A DNA stretch of 55,703 nucleotides, taken from Bdellovibrionales bacterium. GTDB taxonomy: Bacteria; Bdellovibrionota; Bdellovibrionia; Bdellovibrionales; JAMPXM01. A model generated the notes under the pieces. It saw only the letters and a list, made by a program, of their open reading frames with translations. It was not told where the DNA came from and did not search any database. Positions within the stretch are counted from its first letter, which is position 1. Each line of letters opens with the position of its first letter. The DNA is taken from positions 1 through 55,703 of the forward strand of contig JAYTRM010000223.1 in NCBI GenBank assembly GCA_043746165.1, written 5' to 3'. The position numbers and the translations under genes are program-made. Of this stretch, positions 47,089-55,473 are shown piece by piece.

Positions 47089-48009
47089 GTGAAAGGCAAT
47101 GTGTCGGCTAGAGCTGTCTCTCGCTACATCATTCTAATCGTACTCGCCGTGGTTTTGTCGCTGACGACCGTGATCTTCGGTCCGTTGCCGATGAGACTCG
47201 TTCGTCGCTGCTATGGTCGCAACCTGTTTTGGCTCGGCTTTATCGCGGCTTCACTTGGGGTTGCGGCTTTGGTGGCGTTGCCTTATGGACTCCTCGTGCT
47301 GGCGCTAGCAGTGGCGGTTGGAGTTTACGCAGAGATCGAGGAACACGGCGGTTCGGTTTTCACGTCAGGCTTTACGGCGACCTTAACCGCGATCGGTTTG
47401 AGCACGGTGACTGTCGGAGTGTGGGCTTTGAGAACCAAAGCGCATGTCATCGAGGACATACGTACTGAACTGGTTCCGGTCGTCGACAAAATTGCGGAGA
47501 TGAATTCGAGTGCAACCGTCAGCGTCGATTCGATCATTCAACAACTTCCTTCGGGCATGGTGATCGGAGTCATTTTGGGTTTGGCGATTTCGTTAATCGC
47601 CGAAGCCCGAATGTCGCGCTTCATGGGTGTGAAGCCGTTGTCGACTCCGGTCATGGTATCGGAGCAGCTGCGACTCTCCTCGTACCGTGTTCCCGATATT
47701 TTCATTTGGTTGTCGATCGTCAGTCTCTTCGGAGGCTTCTTTCGGCATGGGGTGGAAGTGGCGGAGATCATTTCGATCAATGCGCTGAATGTTCTGGTGA
47801 TTTGCTATTTCTTCCAAGGACTGGCGATCGCTTCGCGAGCGTTTCGGGTCTACAAGATCAGCGCGTTCTGGCGCAATCTTTGGTATGTGATTTTGGTTTT
47901 GCAGCTGTTTTTACTGGTGAGCTTGGTGGGTTTCGCTGACTTCTGGTTGGATTTCCGGGAACGGTTGGCCAGGCGGCCTGCGCAGCCCAAGGGCTTCAAG
48001 GGTTTTTAA
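47089..48009 (+). CDS. Polytopic inner-membrane protein, possibly DUF2232/YybS family
   Basis: 306-aa ORF with about 8 hydrophobic segments. Its position next to rplI mirrors Bacillus yybS. The family assignment is from memory, and the start (GTG 47089 or GTG 47101) is uncertain. Confidence 0.5.
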   Translation: MKGNVSARAVSRYIILIVLAVVLSLTTVIFGPLPMRLVRRCYGRNLFWLGFIAASLGVAALVALPYGLLVLALAVAVGVYAEIEEHGGSVFTSGFTATLTAIGLSTVTVGVWALRTKAHVIEDIRTELVPVVDKIAEMNSSATVSVDSIIQQLPSGMVIGVILGLAISLIAEARMSRFMGVKPLSTPVMVSEQLRLSSYRVPDIFIWLSIVSLFGGFFRHGVEVAEIISINALNVLVICYFFQGLAIASRAFRVYKISAFWRNLWYVILVLQLFLLVSLVGFADFWLDFRERLARRPAQPKGFKGF

Positions 48010-48025
48010 TTAATTTTGTTTATGT

Positions 48026-48097
48026 AAATTATCGGCCTAACGGCCGAATAAATTATCGGCCCAACAGCCGAATAAAATATCGGCCCAGCGGCCAAAT
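48026..48097. repeat. 3 x 24-bp tandem repeat, each unit carrying a short GC hairpin, immediately upstream of rplI
   Basis: The three units are TAAATTATCGGCCTAACGGCCGAA, TAAATTATCGGCCCAACAGCCGAA and TAAAATATCGGCCCAGCGGCCAAA. TCGGCC recurs at 48032, 48056 and 48080, an exact 24-nt period. Unit 1 folds as TCGGCC-taac-GGCCGA. Confidence 0.85.
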
Positions 48098-48108
48098 GGA
48101 GTGAGTAG

Positions 48109-48552
48109 ATGAAAGTTATTTTACAAAGAGATGTAAAGAACCTCGGCAAAGTCGGCGACTTGGTGAACGTGTCCAACGGCTTCGCCCGCAACTATCTTTT
48201 CCCACGTCGCATGGCTCTCGAAGCCACAGAAAAGCGCGAGCACGAGTTCGCCCACCTGAAAGCCGTTGCCGATGTTAAGAAGAAAAAAGCCGTGGCTGAA
48301 CGCCAAGATTTGATCAAGAAAATCCAGGGTATCAGCCTCACAATTAAGGCTACTGCTGGCGAGACTGATAAACTTTTCGGCGCGGTTACCAATCATGACC
48401 TCTCAAACGAACTCGAGAAGCACGGTTATTCAATCGACCGTCGCGACATCGTGCTCGAAGAACCGATTAAGATGCTCGGCCAACACAAAGTCGTCGTCCG
48501 CCTGGGCGAAGGCCTTGAAGCTGAACTCTCCGTTTCGGTCGAGCGCGCGTAA
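48109..48552 (+). CDS. rplI: 50S ribosomal protein L9
   Basis: 147-aa ORF starting MKVILQRDVKNLGKVGDLVNVSNGFARNYLFP, the textbook L9 N-domain. It is preceded by GGAGTGAG. Confidence 0.96.
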   Translation: MKVILQRDVKNLGKVGDLVNVSNGFARNYLFPRRMALEATEKREHEFAHLKAVADVKKKKAVAERQDLIKKIQGISLTIKATAGETDKLFGAVTNHDLSNELEKHGYSIDRRDIVLEEPIKMLGQHKVVVRLGEGLEAELSVSVERA

Positions 48553-48617
48553 TCCTCGAGATTCAACCTACCAGCGGCTGACTAGCCCAGGCCTAGCAGC
48601 CTGGTCTATTCGAATAA

Positions 48618-48645
48618 CCTCGCGTCAGATATTCTGAGCGCGAGG
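48618..48645 (+). terminator. Hairpin after rplI (candidate terminator) that also sequesters the next gene's Shine-Dalgarno sequence
   Basis: CCTCGCGTCAGA-tat-TCTGA(g)CGCGAGG forms 12 pairs with one bulge, followed by GTTTATG, where ATG is the 48650 start codon. Confidence 0.45.
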
Positions 48646-48649
48646 GTTT

Positions 48650-49747
48650 ATGAAAAAATTTGCATTAATCTCGGGTCTTCGAGCGGCTTCACTTCTGAGT
48701 TTAGTTTTAGTTCTAGCCGTTCAAGCCGTTGCGGCGTCCGTTCCGCAAGCATCTCCTCTTCATCTCAGTACTGAATTCAAACTTCGCACTGGCATTTTTG
48801 CGCTCAGCTATTACGGCACGTGGGGCGATGCGCTTGAGATTTTTCCGCGCTCTGCGGATCGCGAGTACCTAAAATCGGTCTTGAAAGAAGATCTTAACGT
48901 CCCGATCCAACTCAAATTTCTCGAGCGCGACACGGTTCTTCTCAAATCTTCTGAAGGTCAACTGCCGATCGATTTTAAGAACATGGATCAATTTGAAATC
49001 TCGGTGCTCAAGCAAAGCTTCGTCTTTCAGCGCGGCGATTCGGCCGAAGTGGCGATCGGTAAGCTTCGCGCAAAATTTGCGGCGCGTGGCCAGGCGAATT
49101 TGTTTTTGCCCGAAGCAGAGGCCTTTCCAGTTCTCAAGACACTGAAAGTCTTGGCCTGGCTCTACGTGACTGCCACCAGTATGTTTGCCACCGAATGCGC
49201 TATTCGCGGAGCCAACTCAGTTTCAACATGCATCTGGGACAGCCCAATTATGGTGAAAGAAATCGCCATGGCGATGTCACTTGGGCTGATTCTGCTCAGC
49301 AAAGAACAGGCGAAGAAATATCTCGGAAACAAAACCTTTGAGCTGGAAGATTTGCAGTGCTCGAAAGGGGCCGACCCTTTTCGTGCCAAAGTTGTCGATT
49401 CGAGCAAGGTCGTCACGACCGTCTCGATATACTATAATGCCGGTCAGCCCGACCGCGTGGATATTCAGGGCGATGATCCCAAACCATTTTCGGTTTACTT
49501 GAGCCCGGACTGGAAAGCGGCCATGGATCGGGTACCCAAGGGCGAGCTGGCTTCTGATCCGCTGCATGGTCCGGCGTATGATGTTCAGAGCGCGGATCTC
49601 ATTGCCGAAGCGGCGAAGAATCTTTCTGGGTTCTGTAAAGACGGAGACTCAAAAGCCGCGATGGAGCGTTACCGGCAAATGCACAATGCGACACTCACTA
49701 CGATGGTCAATCCGAGCCCTGATCAGCCGACTGCTACCACGAAATAG
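48650..49747 (+). CDS. Hypothetical secreted/membrane-associated protein
   Basis: 365-aa ORF with the clean signal peptide MKKFALISGLRAASLLSLVLVLAVQAVAA-S. I recognise no domain. Two internal hydrophobic stretches are present. Confidence 0.6.
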   Translation: MKKFALISGLRAASLLSLVLVLAVQAVAASVPQASPLHLSTEFKLRTGIFALSYYGTWGDALEIFPRSADREYLKSVLKEDLNVPIQLKFLERDTVLLKSSEGQLPIDFKNMDQFEISVLKQSFVFQRGDSAEVAIGKLRAKFAARGQANLFLPEAEAFPVLKTLKVLAWLYVTATSMFATECAIRGANSVSTCIWDSPIMVKEIAMAMSLGLILLSKEQAKKYLGNKTFELEDLQCSKGADPFRAKVVDSSKVVTTVSIYYNAGQPDRVDIQGDDPKPFSVYLSPDWKAAMDRVPKGELASDPLHGPAYDVQSADLIAEAAKNLSGFCKDGDSKAAMERYRQMHNATLTTMVNPSPDQPTATTK

Positions 49748-49790
49748 AAACACGTTCTTGAAACTTGTTCGGTTCAAACCTCCAGTCGAC

Positions 49791-49991
49791 TTACGGGGTT
49801 TGGTCGGTTGATTCTTTTGCTGCGACCAAGACGTCTTGAACATACTCGGCGAGGATTGTGCGGAGTTCTTCTAGAGTCAGGCGGGAGCTGTCGACGCCAG
49901 CTTGGCGCAACAGGCGTAAAAGTTCTTCGTCGATTAAATCTTGCGGAAGTCCAGTGGCTGACGTTACTTTCCGAATCAGATCTTCACCCAA
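49791..49991 (-). CDS. Small hypothetical helical protein (66 aa)
   Basis: The TTG start is preceded by a G-rich SD-like run (TGGGGGGAT) 4 nt upstream. Amino-acid composition is balanced (MGEDLIRKVTSATGLPQDLIDEELLRLLRQAG...). It lies downstream of dnaB on the same strand. No family recognised. Confidence 0.4.
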   Translation of the reverse strand: MGEDLIRKVTSATGLPQDLIDEELLRLLRQAGVDSSRLTLEELRTILAEYVQDVLVAAKESTDQTP

Positions 49992-50148
49992 TTATCCCCC
50001 CACAGCCTGTGAGCTGCGATCCGAAAACGACCTCGCCGCTCACTCAACTGACACGGCCATTTGAGCAAGGGGTTAAGCTGGCGCCAAGAACTGTGAAGAG
50101 GCCAGCCGCAGTTCTAGATCTTTGTCGGAGGAGAGAAAACTCTGGCTT

Positions 50149-51564
50149 CTACTGGTTTGCGTTGCCGCCGCCCGGACGGCGCATCTGGATTGGCGGCGGC
50201 GGCGGAAGAGGGTGTTCTCCGCTTCCAGAATCGAGGTTGGTGAAGCGGCCGATTTGGGCTTCCCACCTGAGGCGGACGGTTCCGGTGGGTCCGTTTCTTT
50301 GTTTGCCGACGATGACCTCTGAGAGGCCTTTGACGTCTGGGTTTTCGCGGTCGTAGTAGTCTTCACGATAGAGCATCATAATCACGTCGGCATCTTGCTC
50401 GATCGAGCCCGATTCGCGAAGATCAGACAGCATCGGACGGCGATCGGAGCGTCCCTCGACTCCACGGTTGAGCTGGGCGAGGGCGATGACCGGAACGCCG
50501 AGTTCCTTTGCCACCGCTTTAAGTGTCTTAGAAATTTCGGAGACCGCGCGTTCACGGCTTTCTACACGCTGCTTGAGATCCATCAACTGCAAGTAATCGA
50601 TCATGATGATGTCGAGACCATGCTGGGCCTTTAAACGACGGCACTTGGCGCGAATTTCAAACGGGCTAATGCCGCTGGTGTCGTCGATGAAGAGCCTGGC
50701 CTCTGCCATTTTTGAGGCCTTGTCGATGAGCCGTGGCCAGGCCGCATCGCTCAGGGCACCGATTCGCAAATCTTGAAGATTCACTCGCGCCTCGGAAGCG
50801 AGCAGCCTCATCATCAGTTGCTCTTTGCCCATCTCCACCGAGAAGTAAGCTAAGCTTTTCTTCTCACGCAGCACGACGTTCTGGGCGATGTTGAGGCTGA
50901 ACGCGGTCTTTCCCATGGAGGGTCGTGCTGCGATGATCGTGAGTTCACCAGGTTGAAAGCCTGAGGTCATCTTGTCGAGATTGGTGAAACCGCTGGTGAT
51001 TCCGGTAAATTCAGCCTTTTGCTCCGACAATTCGGTCAGGCGGTGAATGGAATCTTTGATCAATTCGGCCGCGCCGACCAAACCTTGGGTTTTTTTCTTT
51101 TCTGTAATCGAAAAAATCTGTCCTTCGACCTCGTCGAGAAAAGCTTCAACGTTCTCGTAAGATTCGCTGTAGGACTTCTCGATAATTTCGCCGCTCATGT
51201 GAATGAGTTTTCTTAAGAGCGCTTTTTCGTGGACGATCTTTGAGTACGATTCAATGTGCGCGGCCGTCGGCGTTGCATTCATGACTTCGGCCAGGTACGA
51301 GGCACCGCCGATGGCATCGAGATCTTTGTTGTCGGTCAGAAGATTGGAGACGGTGATGATGTCGATGGGCTGACTTTTGGCGTAGAGAACGGCGATCGCA
51401 GAATAAATCTTGCGATGGGCCGGCTTGTAAAAATCTTCTTCAGTGAGAAGAGAGGAAACTTGATCCCAGGCGTATGGATCAACCATGAGACCGCCGAGAA
51501 TCGACTGCTCGGCCTCAAGATGATGTGGAGGAATACGCATCGCCACGGGAAATCCCCAAACCAA
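50149..51564 (-). CDS. dnaB: Replicative DNA helicase DnaB
   Basis: 471-aa ORF with the N-terminal PPHHLEAEQSILGG and Walker A ARPSMGKTAF. It has a Pro/Gly-rich C-terminal tail. Confidence 0.96.
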   Translation of the reverse strand: MVWGFPVAMRIPPHHLEAEQSILGGLMVDPYAWDQVSSLLTEEDFYKPAHRKIYSAIAVLYAKSQPIDIITVSNLLTDNKDLDAIGGASYLAEVMNATPTAAHIESYSKIVHEKALLRKLIHMSGEIIEKSYSESYENVEAFLDEVEGQIFSITEKKKTQGLVGAAELIKDSIHRLTELSEQKAEFTGITSGFTNLDKMTSGFQPGELTIIAARPSMGKTAFSLNIAQNVVLREKKSLAYFSVEMGKEQLMMRLLASEARVNLQDLRIGALSDAAWPRLIDKASKMAEARLFIDDTSGISPFEIRAKCRRLKAQHGLDIIMIDYLQLMDLKQRVESRERAVSEISKTLKAVAKELGVPVIALAQLNRGVEGRSDRRPMLSDLRESGSIEQDADVIMMLYREDYYDRENPDVKGLSEVIVGKQRNGPTGTVRLRWEAQIGRFTNLDSGSGEHPLPPPPPIQMRRPGGGNANQ

Positions 51565-51784
51565 ACTTCAATACGAGATTAAAGTCGGCTGTTTAAAATG
51601 ATTCGAAAAAGAAAATTGCAGGCCTTGATCTCAGATGTCGGAACGTGCTGACCCGCTGGTGTTGAATTTTAACGATACGAAAATGAAGAACACTGTGCAA
51701 GCTATATCAGCCGAGGCGAGGCATCGCTTACGGCGATGCCACAGGCCACAGGCCACAAGCCAAATCAATGTCAAATAGTTCAGA

Positions 51785-52084
51785 CTAGTTTGAACGGCGA
51801 ATGCGAATTTTGTAGCTGTCGATTTTCTTTTTTAAGGTGTTGCGATTGATCCCGAGCATTTGCGCGGTCTTGACCTGATTTCCGTTGTGCGAAAGAAGCG
51901 CGAGCTCGATCAGAGGCTTCTCCACCTGTTCGATCACGATGTTGTACAGGCCATTGAGTTCAACCTGGGCTTCTTTTTGTTGCTGGAAAAGAACTTCGAG
52001 TTTGCTCTTCACGAGTTTCTCGAGGCTAACGGATTGGAGGTTGGCAACAAAGAGATTATCGGAATGGTTGAGATTCGGTGTCAT
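51785..52084 (-). CDS. fis: Fis-family DNA-binding protein
   Basis: 99-aa ORF with the C-terminal HTH_8 signature GNQVKTAQMLGINRNTLKKKI. Its size matches Fis. The symbol is assigned by family resemblance only. Confidence 0.7.
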   Translation of the reverse strand: MTPNLNHSDNLFVANLQSVSLEKLVKSKLEVLFQQQKEAQVELNGLYNIVIEQVEKPLIELALLSHNGNQVKTAQMLGINRNTLKKKIDSYKIRIRRSN

Positions 52085-52191
52085 GCCGCTCCTGCGAAAA
52101 CAATAGCTCAGAAATCAAAATCACTCGACTTTGAAAACTCGCTCGTTGTGGGTTGATCGGCTGCTTGCGGAAGAGCAAGTCGCCTTAAAGC

Positions 52192-52839
52192 TTAAACGCC
52201 TCGACTGTGAGGAGACCAAATATACTTATGGAGTTGCAATTGCAACCGAGCAGTTGATTTTTTCGAAAGAATTTTTTTTGCAAGCCATTTTTCTTCGACT
52301 CTTTTGAATGCTGGACTGTATAAAACGTTGGTTCTCGCAAATAAATTGTTTTGGGCAGCAAAATTTTCGGCCCAGTCAAAATCATCTTCACTGCAAATCA
52401 CGAATTTGAATTCTGAGTTGACATCCGCAAAATTTAAATTGACCGGGTCAAACGATTTGACTTCTCCGCTGCCTGGAGTTTTCACGTCGATAATTTTTTT
52501 CACGCGACAGTCGACGGGCGTGCAATCGATCGATCCGGAGGTTTCAAGTGAAACTTTAAGGCCGAGGTCGCAGAGCCTGGTCAGAAGTGGCAAAACGGAT
52601 TTTTGCACGAGCGGTTCGCCGCCGGTCACGCAGACATACTGTGCCCCGAAGTCGACCACTTGAGCGATGATCTCCGCTTCTGACATGGTCTGGCCTTCAT
52701 AATAGGCGTAGGTCGTGTCGCAGTAACCGCAGCGCAAATTGCAACCCGAGGCGCGGACAAACACGGTCGGATATCCGACGTACGAAGTCTCCCCCTGAAT
52801 GCTATAAAAAATTTCGTTGATCTTAATCATTGTGGCCAT
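52192..52839 (-). CDS. queE: 7-carboxy-7-deazaguanine synthase (radical SAM, queuosine pathway)
   Basis: 215-aa ORF with IFYSIQGETSYVGYPTVFVRASGCNLRCGYCDT, the QueE cluster motif. GGTGGGA lies 5 nt before the ATG. Confidence 0.88.
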   Translation of the reverse strand: MATMIKINEIFYSIQGETSYVGYPTVFVRASGCNLRCGYCDTTYAYYEGQTMSEAEIIAQVVDFGAQYVCVTGGEPLVQKSVLPLLTRLCDLGLKVSLETSGSIDCTPVDCRVKKIIDVKTPGSGEVKSFDPVNLNFADVNSEFKFVICSEDDFDWAENFAAQNNLFARTNVLYSPAFKRVEEKWLAKKILSKKSTARLQLQLHKYIWSPHSRGV

Positions 52840-52941
52840 GGCGGTCCCACCATAGACAACCGGACAACACCAAAGTCAAGAGAGCAGGGGCTGACAAGGT
52901 CAAGACTATGATTGTGTGGTGGGTTCCCCTAAAATCATTTC

Positions 52942-55380
52942 ATGAGTGGATTTATAAAAAAGTTTCGGCGCGACGTTTCGGGAGTGGTCTGGTTAGCGAT
53001 AAGTTTGTTTTTGGCTTTGGCGCTGATCAGCTACCGGCCGACAGACCCTTCTTTTAATTCGACGGGCGTCAACCTGACCGTTCACAATTATTGCGGATAC
53101 ATCGGCAGCTTCATCGCCGATCTACTCTTTCAATTCTGGGGCCTACCCGCGGTTTTGGTTGCTGTCGCCTGTCTACGCCTCAGCGTAAATGCCTTTCGCG
53201 GAAGCCAGGACTCTAACCAAAAAGCGCTCTTAAATCCCAGCGCAATCTGGGGTCTGTTATTGATGGCGACGTCCTCGAGTCTCTTTGGCCTTTATTTTCC
53301 AGGTAAGAAGGTCTTTCAAAATCAGATTCCAATGGGTGGCCTAATCGGAAATCTCGTTTCAAAAGGATTGGTGTCGGCCTTTCACTTTATCGGCGTTTCA
53401 ATCATTTTGTGGAGCATTGCTCTTCTGCTGCTCGCCTTTTATACAGAAAGATCGCTACCTGAATTGTTTAAATCACCGCTGGCGTGGATCGCGAGCCTTT
53501 GCAAGCGAGCGGCTGCAGGCGGCCAAGAAGCTCTGTCGGGATTCGTACATTGGTTCGACCAACGAATCGAGAGAAATTCGCTGCTGACCCAGGTCGCCGG
53601 CGGTTCTGAACTCCCACGAAGAGCCAACCCCGCATCTGTCGCGCGACCGAGTGACGAGCGAGCCACCACAGCCCTTCCTGGCCACGATGAAGACGAAGAG
53701 CCTGAGCGTCAGGCTCTTAAGGGCGCCCAGCCCGGCCACCCTGCCCAACTCGGCCAATCTCTTCACCTCGACAACGGCGAAGTTCCCCGCCGTAAAGTGA
53801 AATTGTTGGCTAAGGTCGAGCGTCGTATCGAAAACTGGAAGCTTCCCGAAATTCAGATGCTTTTGGACCCACCGGCCAGCCGGATTCGTTTTGATGAACG
53901 GGAGATGAATCGCAAAGCGCAAGTTCTTATCGATAAGCTGGCGCAGTTTTCGGTTGGCGGAACAGTTGTGCACGCCAAGCCGGGCCCGGCCGTTACGATG
54001 TATGAATTTAAGCCGAGTGCCGATGTGAAAATTTCGAAAATCACCGAGTTGGCTGATGACCTTTCGATGGCTCTCAGCAGCGAATCGGTGCGAATTATCG
54101 CGCCGATTCCGGGTCGCGACGTCGTCGGAATCGAAATTGCCAACAGCCAGCGCGAAACAGTCTATCTCAAGGATATTCTGGCCAATGACAGTTTTTGGGA
54201 AGAGTCGATGCGGCTGCCAATCTGCCTCGGAAGGCAGGCCGATGGCGAGTCGAAAGTCGTAGACTTAAGAAAAATGCCGCACTTGATGGTCGCCGGCACG
54301 ACTGGCTCCGGAAAATCAGTCTTCGTGGTCTCGGCGATCACGGGTCTATTGTTTAAACATTCCCCGAAGAGTTTGCGCTTGATCCTCATCGATCCCAAAC
54401 AAGTCGATCTGGCGTCGTTTAACAATATTCCGCACCTCTTGATGCCGCCGATTCGCGAACCCAAAAAAGCAGTCTCGGCTCTCAAATGGGCCATTCGCGA
54501 AATGGATAAGCGCTACCGATCGATGTCGAAGTTCGCAGCCCGCGGTCTTGAGACGTTCAACGACAGTGTCGGAAAATTACCCAAGGAAGAGCTCGAGCGA
54601 CACGAGCAAATCAACACTGAGTGGGAAAACGATGCCCGCAAACTCGAGCAATACTACTTCACGCCCCAACCCTACATCGTCATCGTGGTCGAGGAGTTCG
54701 GCGATCTCATGGCGGTCGATAAAGCCAACGTCGAAACCTTGGTCGTGCGCTTGGCGCAAATGGCGCGCGCCTGCGGTATCCATTTGGTGCTCGCCATGCA
54801 GAGTCCGCGCAAGGACGTGGTCACGGGCCTTATTAAGACCAATATTCCCGGCCGGATCAGCTTTAAAGTGGCGAGCAAAATGGATTCGCGAATCATCCTC
54901 GACGAATCTGGCGGCGAGCGGCTGTTGCCAAACGGTGACATGCTCTATCTTTCGCCCGGTGTTTCAAAGCCCCAGCGCCATCACGCACCGTGGGTGACCG
55001 AAGCCGAAATCGCCTCGGTTATGAAATTCTGGGGCGAGCAAGGCGAACCTCAATACGATCCGCTGGCCATGAAGGCGCTAGAAGGAACGGGCGGAGGCTT
55101 TGACCTCCGCGGTGAATCTGCTGGCAATGACGGTGGGGCCGACGGCGAAGGCGGCGATCTCGGCGACGGTGAAAATGAGTACGATGAAAGATACGACGAG
55201 ATTTTATCCTACGTTTCGAGCATGAAAGAAGTGAGCGCCTCGCTCCTGCAGCGAAAGTTTAAATTGGGCTATCCGCGTGCGGCCCGAATGATCGAAATTT
55301 TTGAGCGCGAAGGGGTCGTCGGACCCGCAAATGGCAGTAAGCCGCGCCCAGTCATCATCACGTCCTTCCAAAGTAAATAA
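52942..55380 (+). CDS. ftsK: DNA translocase FtsK
   Basis: 812-aa ORF with N-terminal TM segments, a Pro/charged linker, a motor domain with Walker A GTTGSGKSV, and a C-terminal gamma winged-helix (LLQRKFKLGYPRAARMIEIFEREGVVGP). Confidence 0.96.
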   Translation: MSGFIKKFRRDVSGVVWLAISLFLALALISYRPTDPSFNSTGVNLTVHNYCGYIGSFIADLLFQFWGLPAVLVAVACLRLSVNAFRGSQDSNQKALLNPSAIWGLLLMATSSSLFGLYFPGKKVFQNQIPMGGLIGNLVSKGLVSAFHFIGVSIILWSIALLLLAFYTERSLPELFKSPLAWIASLCKRAAAGGQEALSGFVHWFDQRIERNSLLTQVAGGSELPRRANPASVARPSDERATTALPGHDEDEEPERQALKGAQPGHPAQLGQSLHLDNGEVPRRKVKLLAKVERRIENWKLPEIQMLLDPPASRIRFDEREMNRKAQVLIDKLAQFSVGGTVVHAKPGPAVTMYEFKPSADVKISKITELADDLSMALSSESVRIIAPIPGRDVVGIEIANSQRETVYLKDILANDSFWEESMRLPICLGRQADGESKVVDLRKMPHLMVAGTTGSGKSVFVVSAITGLLFKHSPKSLRLILIDPKQVDLASFNNIPHLLMPPIREPKKAVSALKWAIREMDKRYRSMSKFAARGLETFNDSVGKLPKEELERHEQINTEWENDARKLEQYYFTPQPYIVIVVEEFGDLMAVDKANVETLVVRLAQMARACGIHLVLAMQSPRKDVVTGLIKTNIPGRISFKVASKMDSRIILDESGGERLLPNGDMLYLSPGVSKPQRHHAPWVTEAEIASVMKFWGEQGEPQYDPLAMKALEGTGGGFDLRGESAGNDGGADGEGGDLGDGENEYDERYDEILSYVSSMKEVSASLLQRKFKLGYPRAARMIEIFEREGVVGPANGSKPRPVIITSFQSK

Positions 55381-55473
55381 GAGGGCTTCTGGCAACGCCC
55401 TCGGTCGTAGACACTTGACTCAAAGAGTTGGGGTGGGATGAGATGACCCAACAAAACAACATGGAGGTTTTGA

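Noticed and set aside
48026-48097. Possibility that the 24-bp repeats are a mini-CRISPR array.
   Set aside because: The units are directly adjacent with no spacers. There are only three of them, they are A/T-rich apart from a 6-bp palindrome, and no cas genes lie in the window.
48006-48191. 61-aa minus-strand ORF crossing the 24-bp repeats and the rplI start.
   Set aside because: Its repetitive peptide (GPIFYSAV, GPIIYSAV, RPIIY) is simply the tandem DNA repeat read in frame. It also overlaps the rplI start region on the opposite strand.
52840-52941. I looked for a preQ1 riboswitch in the queE 5' leader. I also noticed the AAGTCAAGA / AGGTCAAGA direct repeat 24 nt apart (52873-52905).
   Set aside because: I cannot recognise the compact preQ1-I/II consensus in the roughly 100-nt leader. 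The 9-mer pair is too short and imperfect to distinguish from chance without genome-wide statistics.
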